Positions 13,051-25,761 of a stretch of DNA of 64,000 nucleotides are shown here, piece by piece. The first letter of the stretch is position 1. Every line of letters starts with the position of its first letter. The notes below the pieces were generated by a model. That model was not told the DNA's origin. It did not search any database and saw only the letters and a program-made list of their open reading frames with translations. Source of the DNA: Chrysomallon squamiferum (lineage: Eukaryota; Animalia; Mollusca); the NCBI GenBank assembly GCA_012295275.1, contig CM022677.1, positions 23,374,001 through 23,438,000 of the forward strand. The letters are read 5' to 3'. Made by a program: the position numbers and the translations under genes.

Positions 13051-13647
13051 AAAGTCCTTATTGTTAATCGTCTCATTTCTTATTTGTATTTTTTAACAAT
13101 TCACGAAAATACTTCTCATATACATAACTGACATTTGCGAAAATTCAACATGCTTGATGAGGTACTTTCTTTACGTTTTGCTTAAGGAATTAATTGCATA
13201 CGTTAATTTGTATATTGTAAATTTAATAATTTGTATGTGAAATTAACCATGGAAAAAACCTTTGTTTTTTATATCTATTTTTAATAACTTGAGGACCAAA
13301 ATGAATAAAAACACTATGAATGGAAAATTTACAAGCGAAAAAAATACGGTCACGTGACTTCGGTTTCTCCAGTGATGTTTTTATAAAATATTCTCATTTG
13401 CTGAGAGATTATAATTTTTGAAATAAAATATTTAAAATAAAATAAAATAAATAACGAAAATATCTTGAGGATAAATATTTTGGATTAATAATTGGATTTA
13501 CGAATAACAAATGATTATTTAATAACTACTCTGTCAACTCTTGTTTTGTTTTTGTTTTTTTAAATGCACTATAAATATAATATAAATGTATAAAAATTCC
13601 TAGTAAAATGAAATGAAAAATAAAGATTCGATGCTATTTTTAAAATT

Positions 13648-13686
13648 ATATCTATCAATCTATCTATCTATCTATCAGTCTATCAG

Positions 13687-13774
<88 letters not shown>

Positions 13775-13790
13775 CCTATCTATCTATCTG

Positions 13791-13858
<68 letters not shown>
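13648..13858. repeat. (TCTA)n tetranucleotide microsatellite
   Basis: Long ATCT run; shorter paralogue at ~35335-35463 and another at ~63567-63615. Confidence 0.95.
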
Positions 13859-13889
13859 CAGATATATATATAAAATTTTAAAATAACAA

Positions 13890-14376
13890 ACAGGTATTAA
13901 ATCTGCATTCATTTCTCGTTTTATAGTTAGTGAAATTTACGGCCTAAGGGAAATAACTCCATTTAAGCAGCTGCATTTTTGTGCTTTCTTAATAATAATA
14001 ATAAATTAGAAAAACAAATTATTAAAAAATAATAACAAAATTAAAACATTAATCTAATAAGTTTTTTATTTCAATGTTTTATTTTATTTATATATTTATT
14101 TTTGTTATTTTTGATTAAATAATTATTGTTTTCAGTTACCTAATAATTACCGAGCAGTTACTTCCCTGTCACTGAAAATTTTATTATTTAAATATCTCAT
14201 CGATACTCTAAACGGACCTAAAATATAATCTGCAAATTATATATTCTGCTAAAAAATAACAAACAAATAAAATGTCAAAGTATTAAATCTGCATTCATTT
14301 TATCGTTTTATAGTTAGTGAAATTTATGGTCTAAGGGAAATAACTATTTAAGCAGCTGCATTTCTGTGCTTTCTTA

Positions 14377-14435
<59 letters not shown>

Positions 14436-14813
14436 TAATTAATTAGAAAAACAAATTATAAAAAATAATAATAATAAAATTAAAATATAAATCTAATAAT
14501 TTTTTATTTCAACGTTTTATTTGATTTTAATATTTATTTTTGTTATTTTTGATTAAATACTTAATGTTTTGAGTTACTTAATAATTACCAAGCAGTTAAT
14601 TCCCTTTCACTGAACAATTTGTTATTTAAATATCTCATCGATAATCTAAATGGGTGTAAAATATAATCTGCAAATTATATATTCTGCTGCTACTAAAATA
14701 TAACAAACAAGGAAAATGTCAAAGTATTAAATCTGCATTCATTTATAGTTAGTGAAATTTATGGTCTAAGGGAAATAACTCTATTTAAGCAGCTGCATTT
14801 CTGTGCTTTCTTA

Positions 14814-14873
<60 letters not shown>

Positions 14874-15216
14874 TAGAAACACAAATTATTAAAAAATAAT
14901 AATAAAATTAAAATATAAATCTAATAATTTTTTCAACGTTTTATTTGATTTTAATATTTATTTTTGTTATTTTTGATTAAATAATTAATGTTTTCAGTTA
15001 CCTAATAATTACTTCCCTTTCACTGAAAATTTTATTATTTAAATTTTCAGTGAAAGGGGAAATTTAAATAAATAAATAATTAATTTATCGTTTTTGAAAA
15101 TTATAATATTGTATTATTATTATTATTGTATAATTAGTGAAATTTCTGGTCTAAGGGAAATAACTCTATTTAAGCAGCTGCATTTCTGTGTTTCTTAATA
15201 ATAATAATAATAATAA

Positions 15217-15247
<31 letters not shown>

Positions 15248-15800
15248 AAGAAAAAAGAAAAAAGAAGAAGAAAAAGAAAAAGAATAATTGAATAATTATT
15301 TATTATCATAATTATGATTATTATTGTTATTATTATTATTAAAAAAATACAGAAATCCAAATGCTTAAATAGAGTTATTTCCCTTAGACCACAAATTTCA
15401 CTAATTATATAATAATAATAATAATAAGAACAATACAATTATACAGTATTATAATTTTCTAAATCAGCTGACAGTGTGTGGATTAAATAATAATTTCTTA
15501 TCGTTCTTCTTTTAAATCAAAATAGTTATTCTCAAGATGCAATTGTTAAATAGACTTATTTCCCTTGGACCATAAAGATAACAGACGACCTATTCTTCGT
15601 TATTTATTTACTTATTTACTTAATTTATTATCATTAGTTGTTTTCACCTTAAATTGTATCAAAATCAGAACAATAAATCTTAGGATAGAAACAAAATAAA
15701 ATAATAATCTATTGTTATGCCGAAGAATTTAAATTACAGTAGATGATTGGAAACTACTTAAATAGAGTTATTTCCCTTAGTCCATAAATTTTATAATTTT
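13890..15800. repeat. Foldback-like composite repeat: ~400-bp tandem units followed by inverted copies of the core
   Basis: The core TAGTGAAATTT(A/C)TGGTCTAAGGGAAATAACTCTATTTAAGCAG occurs direct at ~13928, 14315, 14750 and 15135, and inverted at ~15362, 15546 and 15757. Confidence 0.75.
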
Positions 15801-15939
15801 ATAAAATAATAAACAAAATATATAAAAATCTTATTTTTGTCATATTTTCAAAGATACTTACAGTAATATGACGTGTAGGCATTTTACATATACTGTAAAA
15901 GACACAATAGAACAATAATATGGAATGAAATTCTTTCAT

Positions 15940-16345
15940 TTTTCGTGTGTTGGTTTGCTCCAAACCTTGTTGTTATCCCATTTCAAATAATTCTGAAGAT
16001 GAGTCGTTCCCGTTGATGGGTAATTCGAGGAGATAAATCGCTAGGAGATAATTCGAGGAGATAATTCGAGGAGATAAATCGAGGAGATAAATGGTCAAAA
16101 TAACCCTGCATGCAAATTGGTGGCAAAAGCAATCATGCTGTAATCGGCGGACATGACCATTGTTTGGTTATTAACTGTTCCATTTGCTGAAGTCCGGGAT
16201 ATGCATATCGAAAACGTTTGTGAGTACATCGAAGTGAAAAACATTCTAATGTTACTTCAAACACGAGGATTTCTTCGGCACATTTTTTAGTTGGGAAGCG
16301 AGTGAACGACAAGAAACATGTGGACTATATACCCACCCTGAACAC
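15940..16345 (-). pseudogene. Degenerate exon-like segment of a - strand gene (paralogue ~37495-37882)
   Basis: GC-richer block behind a - strand acceptor (ttatcctag|), downstream of the cbEGF exon. All frames contain stops and the product is uncertain. Confidence 0.4.
16022..16091. repeat. 13-14-bp minisatellite (ATTCGAGGAGATA)
   Basis: About 5 units here versus about 3 units in the paralogue at ~37584-37628. Confidence 0.8.
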
Positions 16346-17694
16346 CTAGGATAACAAAAAAAACAAAATGAAATTAACGACATGGTTAAGATAACTAGAG
16401 AGAACAATAGTTTAAATTATTTCCTTAATTATTCAGTCAACCGCATCTAATTGAGGTTTTTACTTGCTTGGAGTCACAAGTACTTAGTAGGGGCTGCAGA
16501 AGTATATAGGTGTTTGTCTGAATATATGAGTAAACGTTCAATCTTCAATAAAACAATTATATTTTTTAACGCAAAATAAATGGTTTATTTATAGAGTTTG
16601 TTTCAACATAAAGTATTTGTGCGTGTTTGTACTAATTACACCTAACAATATCTGTAATTAGAAAAGTTGCTGGTTTTAATCTATATGAAAATAAGCTGCT
16701 CACATTTCCTTCATAAACATGTTACTGTAGTTTTGTTTGTTGAACATAAACTTGCACTTTATTTTACTGACTGGTTTCATAAAACGATATGTTCATTGGT
16801 AGAAACCTTCCTTAAAGAGTACTAATTATGAAACACATTTCACTATAGCATGCACATTTGTTTCACATTTATAATTGTTTATAAAAAAATCTATTCGCAA
16901 TAAATTATATCAAAATTTTTCCCTCACTGAAAGCTTAAAATGTAACCAAATAAGTGATGATCATAGACAGAGGCACCAAATCTAGTAGTAATATGACGTA
17001 AATACTGGTAACTAAAATGTAATGTTACACAAATACAATTGATCTAATAATGGTAATCTTAAATAGTTTCCAATAGTAACAAAATGCATGATCTAAACTA
17101 GAAAATTAACAACAAATGATAGATGAACATAAAAATAAGAAATTACTCTGAAATGAAAAAGTACTCCTATTTCTATGACTTGTAACATTTAGAAAACAAC
17201 TTTTGAAACATAAATTAATGGATATCGTTTTTAAATTATAGTTATGCAGAAACAAGACAACCCAAATATATTAAAAATAATAATAATAAATTGTAAAACG
17301 TTTCTTCTTGCAAAAATATAATATTTTAATATTTTGTTTACGAGTTTTCAAAAAAGATAAGGAAGCTGATAAGACTAGAATCATTATGCATTTTTCAAAA
17401 CAAAATTTACAATTATAATGTATCTAAATATAAAATAACTAAATAACTGAAACGAAATGAAATAAAATATAAATAAAATAAAATAGAATAAAAAAAAAAA
17501 AAATAGAAAGTATTATATAACCACAAAACGACAACAACAATAATAGTAATATCACATTAAAAAAATACAAAAGTTCAGTGACAGTGCAAATTTGCTGTTA
17601 TACACACACGCACGCGTACAAAATATTACAAATATATATAACACAAAAATATAGTTTAACACAAAATTAATACAGTTACACTCTTTACATTTAC

Positions 17695-17796
17695 CACATT
17701 CTTCATCAGTATTACAACACAAGAAAGTTCCTTGTAGATTAAAATACTGCTGATCTTCTGGGCAGTTATGTGTTCCAACAAAACATTCATCAATGT
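17695..17796 (-). pseudogene. Calcium-binding EGF-like exon (decayed), copy A
   Basis: tttcag|DIDECFVGTHNCPEDQQYFNLQGTFLCCNTDEEC|gtaaat. It follows the cbEGF consensus D-I-D-E-C...C-x-N-x-x-G-x-F-x-C, with Cys3 changed to Tyr. Confidence 0.75.
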
Positions 17797-18267
17797 CTGA
17801 AAACATCAAATTAACTTTTAAAAATATTTGTTTAAAACAGTACCCACTAGAATTACCAGCAAGTAAATCAAGATTTTTACTTAAAGAGAAATAATTATCT
17901 TTCTAAGGCTAGATTTAGAAATAATTGGATAAATAAAAATGTGAGCATTCTACAATACAAGATTTACAAATATTTAGATAAGTAAGAAAGAAACTAGCCT
18001 TTTTCTACTACACTTTAATGTAGAAACTGAGATCTCTCTAAATGAAATTCAAACTTTATTAAAATGTAATAGGGTATTGTTATTATTATTATTATTATCA
18101 TTATTATTATTTTGTTTTAAATATTGTTTATATACTAATCTTTACTATTCAAAAACAAATCATAGAATAGATTTAAAAATATTTAATATTTTTCTCTATG
18201 TTATGTGAATATATAGGGATGTAAGAATAATATACTTTTCGTAATTTTTTTTTATGATATTTAAATA

Positions 18268-18298
<31 letters not shown>

Positions 18299-18639
18299 AT
18301 ACATGTGTGTGTGTGTGTGTGTGTGTGTTTATTAAGGTAACTTAAAATAGCATTGAACAATGAAAATAAGAAACTTATTGTTTGCATACATAACAGTATA
18401 TGTTTTAAAGAAAGAAAGAGAAAAATAAATGTTTAATAAAAAATTTTATACGGCGGGTTCACGGGCCTTTAATTATTTTTTTCAGTTTTCTGTCGTAAAT
18501 TATAATGAATGTGTCAAGTCAATGATTGAAATAACATGTGCCCTATTTGCTTTTTACATGTAAATACCATCTCTAATACACTGAAAATGGAAATAAATAT
18601 CTGAGAACTGTCCACATTATGGTACTTAATGAGAATAGT

Positions 18640-19089
18640 CATCTTCATATTCACGCGCGAATGTCTCTGAAAATTATTTATTTTATTTTATTTTATTCTT
18701 TTTTTTTTTAAAGTTTTTGGCTGGCGACGTCGTAATAATATCTGAAAAAACCCCAAAACAAATAAATGTAGTCCGAACGGGTACGAGATGGTATGACGTC
18801 AAAGTCATAAAAAAAAAAAAAAAAAAAAAAAATAAATAAAAAAAATAAAAGTTTCGACCTTTGGAGGAATTTCTGCTCAATGATAGATATCTATGTATAC
18901 GAGGCATTGTTTAAATGGCATATTTCCCCAAATTACTTTTAATAATACATGTAGTATTGCTTGGTTAATGAAGGAAGACTGTTTAAAAGTTTAAACGTTT
19001 ATAAACACTGATCGGCGTTCCTACGCTGCCATTTTGGATTTGGATTCCGCGAGCTATTTTCTGAACTTTTGTGATATACACTGATAAAG
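18640..19089 (+). promoter_or_regulatory. Putative promoter and non-coding first exon of gene 2
   Basis: Locally CpG-rich, with a full CRE palindrome TGACGTCA at 18794-18801, YY1-like GCCATTTTG at 19028 and a strong donor AAG|GTAAGG at 19090. All are conserved at 40260-40705. Confidence 0.5.
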
Positions 19090-20306
19090 GTAAGGATGGT
19101 TGTTCATATTTTTCATCTTAATCAAAAAACACGATGTCTAATAATAATAATAATAAAAAAAACAAATAAATAAATAAATCATTGATAGTTTCATACACTT
19201 TTAAAACTTTTATTTTTTTTTTTATCTTAAAATTTAATCAAATTTTGTTTTTACAATTCAAACTTAACTCATTAACTGGCTTACTAAAATGTTACAGAAA
19301 AACGAAAAATAATACAAAAAACAAATGAAAACAAAAAGTAAAACTAATTTTGTTTTTCTTATCTGTTAAAAATTAATCGGATTCAGGTAAATTTTAACTG
19401 TTTCAAATCCTTAAATAATAAATTTGTCATATATGATGCTTGATCAAAATACAAACACACACAAAACATAGCACCGCCCCCAAACGTCATTAATTTGTAA
19501 GTATCAGTCAACAGGAAATATTATTTAAATTTAACTCTTCCACTGATAAAATCAACAACAAAAAAAAAAGAAACAAAAGCATTAAGTACCTGCATCCAAA
19601 ACTCTCGATTAAACGTACTTCTAAACGTTGATATTTACGACCATTTTACGGCCATTACTTAAGTTCTATTTTAAATTTCAAATAAAAATAAGGATGCACA
19701 TTTCATAGTAACAGATCTGAATTCTTTCATTTGTCTTTTCACTTCTTTTAAAGAAAAAAAAGCACAAAACCCGCCCACAAAACATTACATCAAATACATT
19801 CAATTATCACATTCATTTTTTAAATTATATATATATGAATTTGATACATTTCATCTCTACTTTATATTTATTGACAGATATTTAAATATTAAGGATTATG
19901 CTGTAAATTCAGGATAGTACCGGTTTCGAAGGGATTGAGGTAAGATTATCACATATCTACTTTGTTGCAGGTGCTTTTGGTACCCTTAGTTTGAACAACG
20001 GAAATACGGGTGGCTTATCAAAAGCAGTATTACGTAGAAAGTGTATAAAAAAGATCACGTACTGGTAAAGATCGTGTATTTGTTAAATTTTAAAGCAGAT
20101 TAGTTTACCTAAACTAATAATACCACTAAGAATAACTATTTGTAAATATTTATTATTTACATTTATATTAATCATAATATTCACAGAAAAAGAAAAGAAA
20201 ACAATAACAACAACAACAAGAAATAAATAATTTAAAAAGAAAAGAAATAGAAATATTGTAATGTTGATATTTCATCATTCCATTATTTTGCAGACAAAGA
20301 AACCAT

Positions 20307-20361
20307 ATGAACTTTGTTACTATAATATGTTTTCTTATCTGTGGATTCCACATCTTTAAAG
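20307..20361 (+). CDS. Signal-peptide exon, gene 2
   Basis: Acceptor ttttgcag| (exon from 20294); ATG gives MNFVTIICFLICGFHIFK|gtaatt, which continues into VDCSW (signal peptide-like). Confidence 0.85.
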
Positions 20362-23300
20362 GTAATTTATGAACTGTTTTTACAGTTACTATTACATTTC
20401 ATAATCTAGTACAGAATGAAAATAGAAGCCGATGTCACAATCACTGAATTTAACATATTGTTTATGTTTTCATTTGTTATTTAAATCTCAAAGCAGCAAC
20501 AACAACAGGAAGAACTGGAACAATAAAAGTAATATTGTATTTTATGTTATATTAATACACTTTTAAGAGTAATAATAATTTTAAAATTAATTAAATAATA
20601 TTGACATCTAATCCTTAAGTGGACATAATATTGCTTCTAGGTTGGTTCTTTTGACTATGACAAACATTTATTATTTTAATTATACCACCACAAGTACTAG
20701 TAATTACTATCTTCTAATCGGTTAGAAATATTTTCTTTGGCTTTATACTTATTTGAATATAACAAGTGATTTTTTTATTAGTTGATTGCTCATGGACTGA
20801 GTGGGTGCTAGAATCAGAAACATGTAGTGTTACCTGTGGTAATGGCATTCAGAGAACTATCTACAGAAGAGGATGCTCCAGTCCTGGGTCAGAAGACTGT
20901 CAAGGAAATGAAACAAAAACAGTAACCTCTGCATGTGTTTACAGAAACTGTTCACGTAATTAAATTTGTTCTTATTTTGCTTCTTCCTCTTTAGTCTTGT
21001 TTTAGTTTTGCTTTTCAGTTAAGAGAGAGAGAGAAAGAAAGAAGAAAAACGAGTGTGTATATTTGCATACACACACACACACACACACAAAAAGTGTATA
21101 ACCATTTTGATATATGTGTGTTTTACTGACACATTATATGAATGAACGTTGCAGTTTCTGGACGATGGAGTGCGTGGTTTAACTTTAGAGAAGGCTTATG
21201 TGATTCAACTTGTGTCAGAGCAAGTATTTGTTACCTCCTCTGTGTGATTAGTTTCAGGTATAATTTCATTATTCTGTCTGTGATTATTGATACAGTTTAT
21301 GTCTATTAAAAATGACTAAACCCAACTTCAAACAGAGATTCACAAAATTTAAAACTGTAGGTAGTTGGAGAAGTAATTGGGTAATACATTTGTCTGGATA
21401 CATGATCATTACTCCAGTCTTGTAAACAGGGATATATTTGTTTATATGGAGGTGAAAACATTCATCCCTAAATCGATTTATCATTGATAATTCTATTATT
21501 CTCTATAGTACTGCTGTAGGCCTATGCATTCCCTCTCTTGTCTGAACCTAAAGTAAGTCCACTGATGTACACCAATGATTATGATGAGAAAGATTAACAA
21601 CTGAAGCACTCAAGCTTCTAATGCTGTTAAGTATTCTCACCTTCTCAAACAATAGGATAAACAATGCTTGATACAGTTATAAACAGTATGTTAAACTGGA
21701 AGAAACAAGATTAATCAGTACTCACAGTATTGTTTCATAATGTGCATATTTCCAAGCAAACTTGTGGTAATCTTCAGTTTCTTTGAAATTGTCCTATAAA
21801 TTTGATAGTTGTGATCATTACCTTGAGTACCAGTCTACTTGAAGTTCCAGATGGATAACAAAATATGCAAACTCTTTGGGCTTTCATCATGTTAAAAGTT
21901 TCTACTTCAGTAAGTTGGACATGATCCTTCAGAACCAAAAGGGAAGCAGTTCAGTGGTGTCCTATCATTAAGTTCTCAAAACACAACGATTTAGAGGAAA
22001 CGAGATCAAAGTACTTTTAAATTAGAAGGAAATGCTATATCTATTGCACGATCAGCATAAGTTACCTGATAGTCATAACTCCACGGTGTGGTAAAAAATA
22101 ATCTTGTTGTAAACTGGCATGGCGTCTTTATTCTAACAGCATCTGAAACCCAGTTTTCTGTGTAACTTTAAAGTTCTGGCATGCTTGTTATACGATCATG
22201 CAAGATTACCATTGATAAATATATAAAGTGGTGCCTTGACTTACGACTGCCCCAAATTACGAGTCTTTCGAGTTACGAGCAGTCGCCCGGTCTAATTTTT
22301 GCTTTGAGTAGCCAGACAAAATATGAGGTAAGAGGGAGCTTCAGATACGCAGCCGCTGGTTGTCGAAACGAACAACAAAACTTCCGGCCAGCATCCCGAA
22401 TCTCACTCGTTTACTTCATGTGGTCATCTCGCCGCGAAAGCGTCTCTGATGTTTGTGCTAGCGTGCAGTATTTTGCCAAATTTCTTTTTCTCTGGCCATG
22501 GATCCTAAGAAAGTGAATGCAAAGGAAAGTGCTGAGACCAAGAAGCGGATGACCTCCACTGAATTAAAGCTTGAATTCACAGAAAAACATGAGCGAGGTG
22601 TGCGTGTAGTCGACTTGGCTAGGCAGCACGAGCGCAGTACTTCTACGATATGTACCATACTGAAGCTGAAGGAGTCGATAAAGGCTGTAACTCCAGCCAA
22701 AAGCTTAAAATAATTGTTCTGATCTCCAAGATAAATACATTTTACAAAACCAATTTATTTCTTTACATTCTTTAGTACTTATAATTTAATTAAGATATTA
22801 TGATGTTGTTTGAAGATATCAGTAATAAAAATGATCATATGATTAACTACTGTGTTACTTTTAATCAATTAGATGGAGGTTGGAGTTCCTGGACCAGAGA
22901 TGAAAAAACATGTTCAGTGACATGTGGGCCTGGTACACGTATTGTTGTAAAAACAAGGCAGTGTAATAACACAGGAGGAAGAGACTGTGTAGGCAGTACA
23001 ACACAAAATATTACAGAGTCATGTGAGACAGTTGCATGTCCTAGTAAGAAAGTAACTTTAATAAATTTTAGTTATTTCTGCATTGAATCATTTTATTAAC
23101 AGTACTTATTGTTATGTTTTATTTCAGTAATTACACACACGCACTCTATTGACTGACACTAACTCTAGATCGCATATACATTTAAAAAAAGTAATTTTAT
23201 ATTACGAATGTCAGCATAGTGAAGTAAGGATTTCTTAGTATGAGAAAATGTATGGCTCTACTTAGATTACTGCAGAGATAATAAAAATGATTTTTTGATT

Positions 23301-24605
23301 AATTATTATCCAACATTAAATTAAGTTGATGGAGGTTGGAGCTCTTGGATACATAGTGAGAGTCAGTGTTCAGTGACTTGTGGTCTTGGCTATAAAAGAA
23401 TGGTAATGGTCAAGAAATGTAATAACCCACCACCACAAAATGGAGGAAAACGTTGTCCACCAACAGGAGGAGTCTATGCTGGATGGCATATCCAATGCAG
23501 GGAAGGGCCATGTCCTAGTAAGGAATAAATACATTTGTAAACATTTGTGATGTTGTTGTCTCTGCTTTGGTGATGAATATCTAAATTACTGTCTTAGATT
23601 GTCTATATCGATTAGCTGGACCTTCAAAACAAAGTATGTTTTATATATATATATAAAAGTAATTTAATTGTTACACAATATTTGACTTAAGTATAATAAC
23701 AAACATTGTTGGATAATACTGTATTAAACATAACACTCTTATGGAAAGAGATAATAAAAAGAAATATATAATGATAAAATAAACGAATGAAAAAAACACA
23801 CAATTATTATCTTGCATTTAATCAAGTTGATGGAGGTTGGAATTCCTGGACCAGAGATGAGGGACCATGTCCAGTGACATGTGGACGTGGTACACGTATT
23901 GTTGTAAAAACTAGGCAGTGTAATAACACAGAAGGAAGAAACTGTGAAGGCAGTACAACACAAAATACTACAGAGTCATGTCAGACTGTTCCATGTGCTA
24001 GTAAGAAAGTAAATTTAATAAATGTTAGTTGTGTCTGCATTTAATAATTTTATTAACAGTACTTAATGTTATGTTTTATTTCAGTAATTAGACACACGCA
24101 CACTACTCACTGACTCTAACTCTAGATCGTATATTCATTTAAAAAAAGTAATTTTATATTATGAAAGTCAGCATAGAGAAGTAAGGATTTCTTAGTATGA
24201 GAAAATGTATGGCTCTACTTAGATTACTGCAGAGATAACGAAAATGACTTTTTGATTAATTATTATCCAACATTAAATTAAGTTGATGGAGGATGGAGTG
24301 CTTGGAGAGCAACTACGAGTCAATGTTCAAGGACGTGTGGTCTTGGTATTGCAATCATGCACATCGTCAGGAACTGTAATAACCCACAACCACAAAATGG
24401 AGGAAGACCTTGTCGACCAACAGGAGGAGGGACCCTTGTTTCAGGTTATATCCGTTGCAGAGAACGGCCATGTCCTAGTAAGAAATAAATACATTTGTAA
24501 ACATTTGTGATGTTTTTGTCTCTGGTTTGGTGATGAATATAGTGCTGTATCTAAATTACTGTTTTAGATTGTCTATATTGATTAGTCGTACATTCAAAAC
24601 AAAGT

Positions 24606-24678
<73 letters not shown>

Positions 24679-25670
24679 AGTAATATAATTACACAATATT
24701 TGACTTAAGGATAGAAACAAATTTTTGGGATAATACTGTATTAAACATATCTTATGGAAAGAGATAATAAAAATAAATATATAATAGTAATGATTAAATA
24801 AACGAATGAAAACGACAAAAAAAAAAAAAAAAAAATTATTGTCTTGCATTTAATCAAGTTGATGGAGGCTGGAGTTCCTGGATCAGAGATGAGGGACCAT
24901 GTCCAGTGACATGTGGACGTGGTACACGTATTATTGTAAAAACTAGGCAGTGTAATAACACAGGAGGAAGAAAGTGTGAAGGCAGTACAACACAAAATAC
25001 TACAGAGTCATGTGAGACAGTTGCATGTCCTAGTAAGAAAGTAAATTTAATAAATGTTAGTTGTGTCTGCATTGAATAATTTTATTAACAGTACTTAATG
25101 TTATGTTTTATTTCAGTAATTACGCACACGCACTCTACTCACTGACTCTATCTCTAGATCGCATATTCACTTAAAAAAAGTAATTTTATATTATGATAGT
25201 CAGCATTTGTGAAGTAAGGATTTCTTAGTATGAGAAAATGTATGGCTCTACTTAGATTACTGCAGAGATAATGAAAATAATTTTTTGATTAATTATTATC
25301 CAACATTGAATTAAGTTGATGGAGGATGGAGTGCTTGGATACGAATTGACGGTCAGTGTTCAGTGACTTGTGGTGTTGGTAATAAAAGCGTGCAATTCGT
25401 GAAGAAATGTAACAACCCAGCGCCACAACATGGAGGAAAACCTTGTCCACCAAGAGCAGAGAGAAACCGTTCTTCATTGGATATCCCATGCAGAGAAGGT
25501 CCATGTCCTAGTAAGAAATAAATACATTTGTAAACATTTGTGATGTTGTTGTCTCTGCTTTGGTGATGAATATAGTGCTGTATCTAAATTACTGTTTTAG
25601 ATTGTCTATATTGATTGGTCGTACATTCAAAACAAAATATGAAATATATATATATATATATTTCATGTGG

Positions 25671-25761
<91 letters not shown>

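Larger units (their letters stand above)
8860..20960 (+). repeat. Segmental duplication, copy A (gene 1 3' end + intergenic + gene 2 5' end)
   Basis: Colinear with about 31100-43250 at an offset of ~22 kb (9546/31802, 10106/32265, 17796/39364, 20307/42322, 20782/43072). Confidence 0.92.

Noticed and set aside
13349-13358. GTCACGTGAC (CLEAR/USF E-box) palindrome
   Set aside because: A single site, absent from the paralogous duplicated region and not near an evident TSS.
16022-16091. Short repeated GAGGAGATA units, and the spaced 40-bp cores at 13928-15790, as a CRISPR-like array
   Set aside because: The context is eukaryotic with no cas genes. The 13-mers have no spacers, and the longer units have homologous rather than unique spacers.
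19878-20064. Additional exon(s) upstream of the signal-peptide exon as coding sequence
   Set aside because: Splice-like sites exist, but the internal gap is only 31 nt and one donor is mutated in the paralogue. At most this is 5' UTR and it could not be delimited.
22873-25510. Dscam-style mutually exclusive splicing with docking/selector pairing
   Set aside because: No complementary docking/selector sequences were found by eye, and the alternating B-C order fits tandem domain repetition better.
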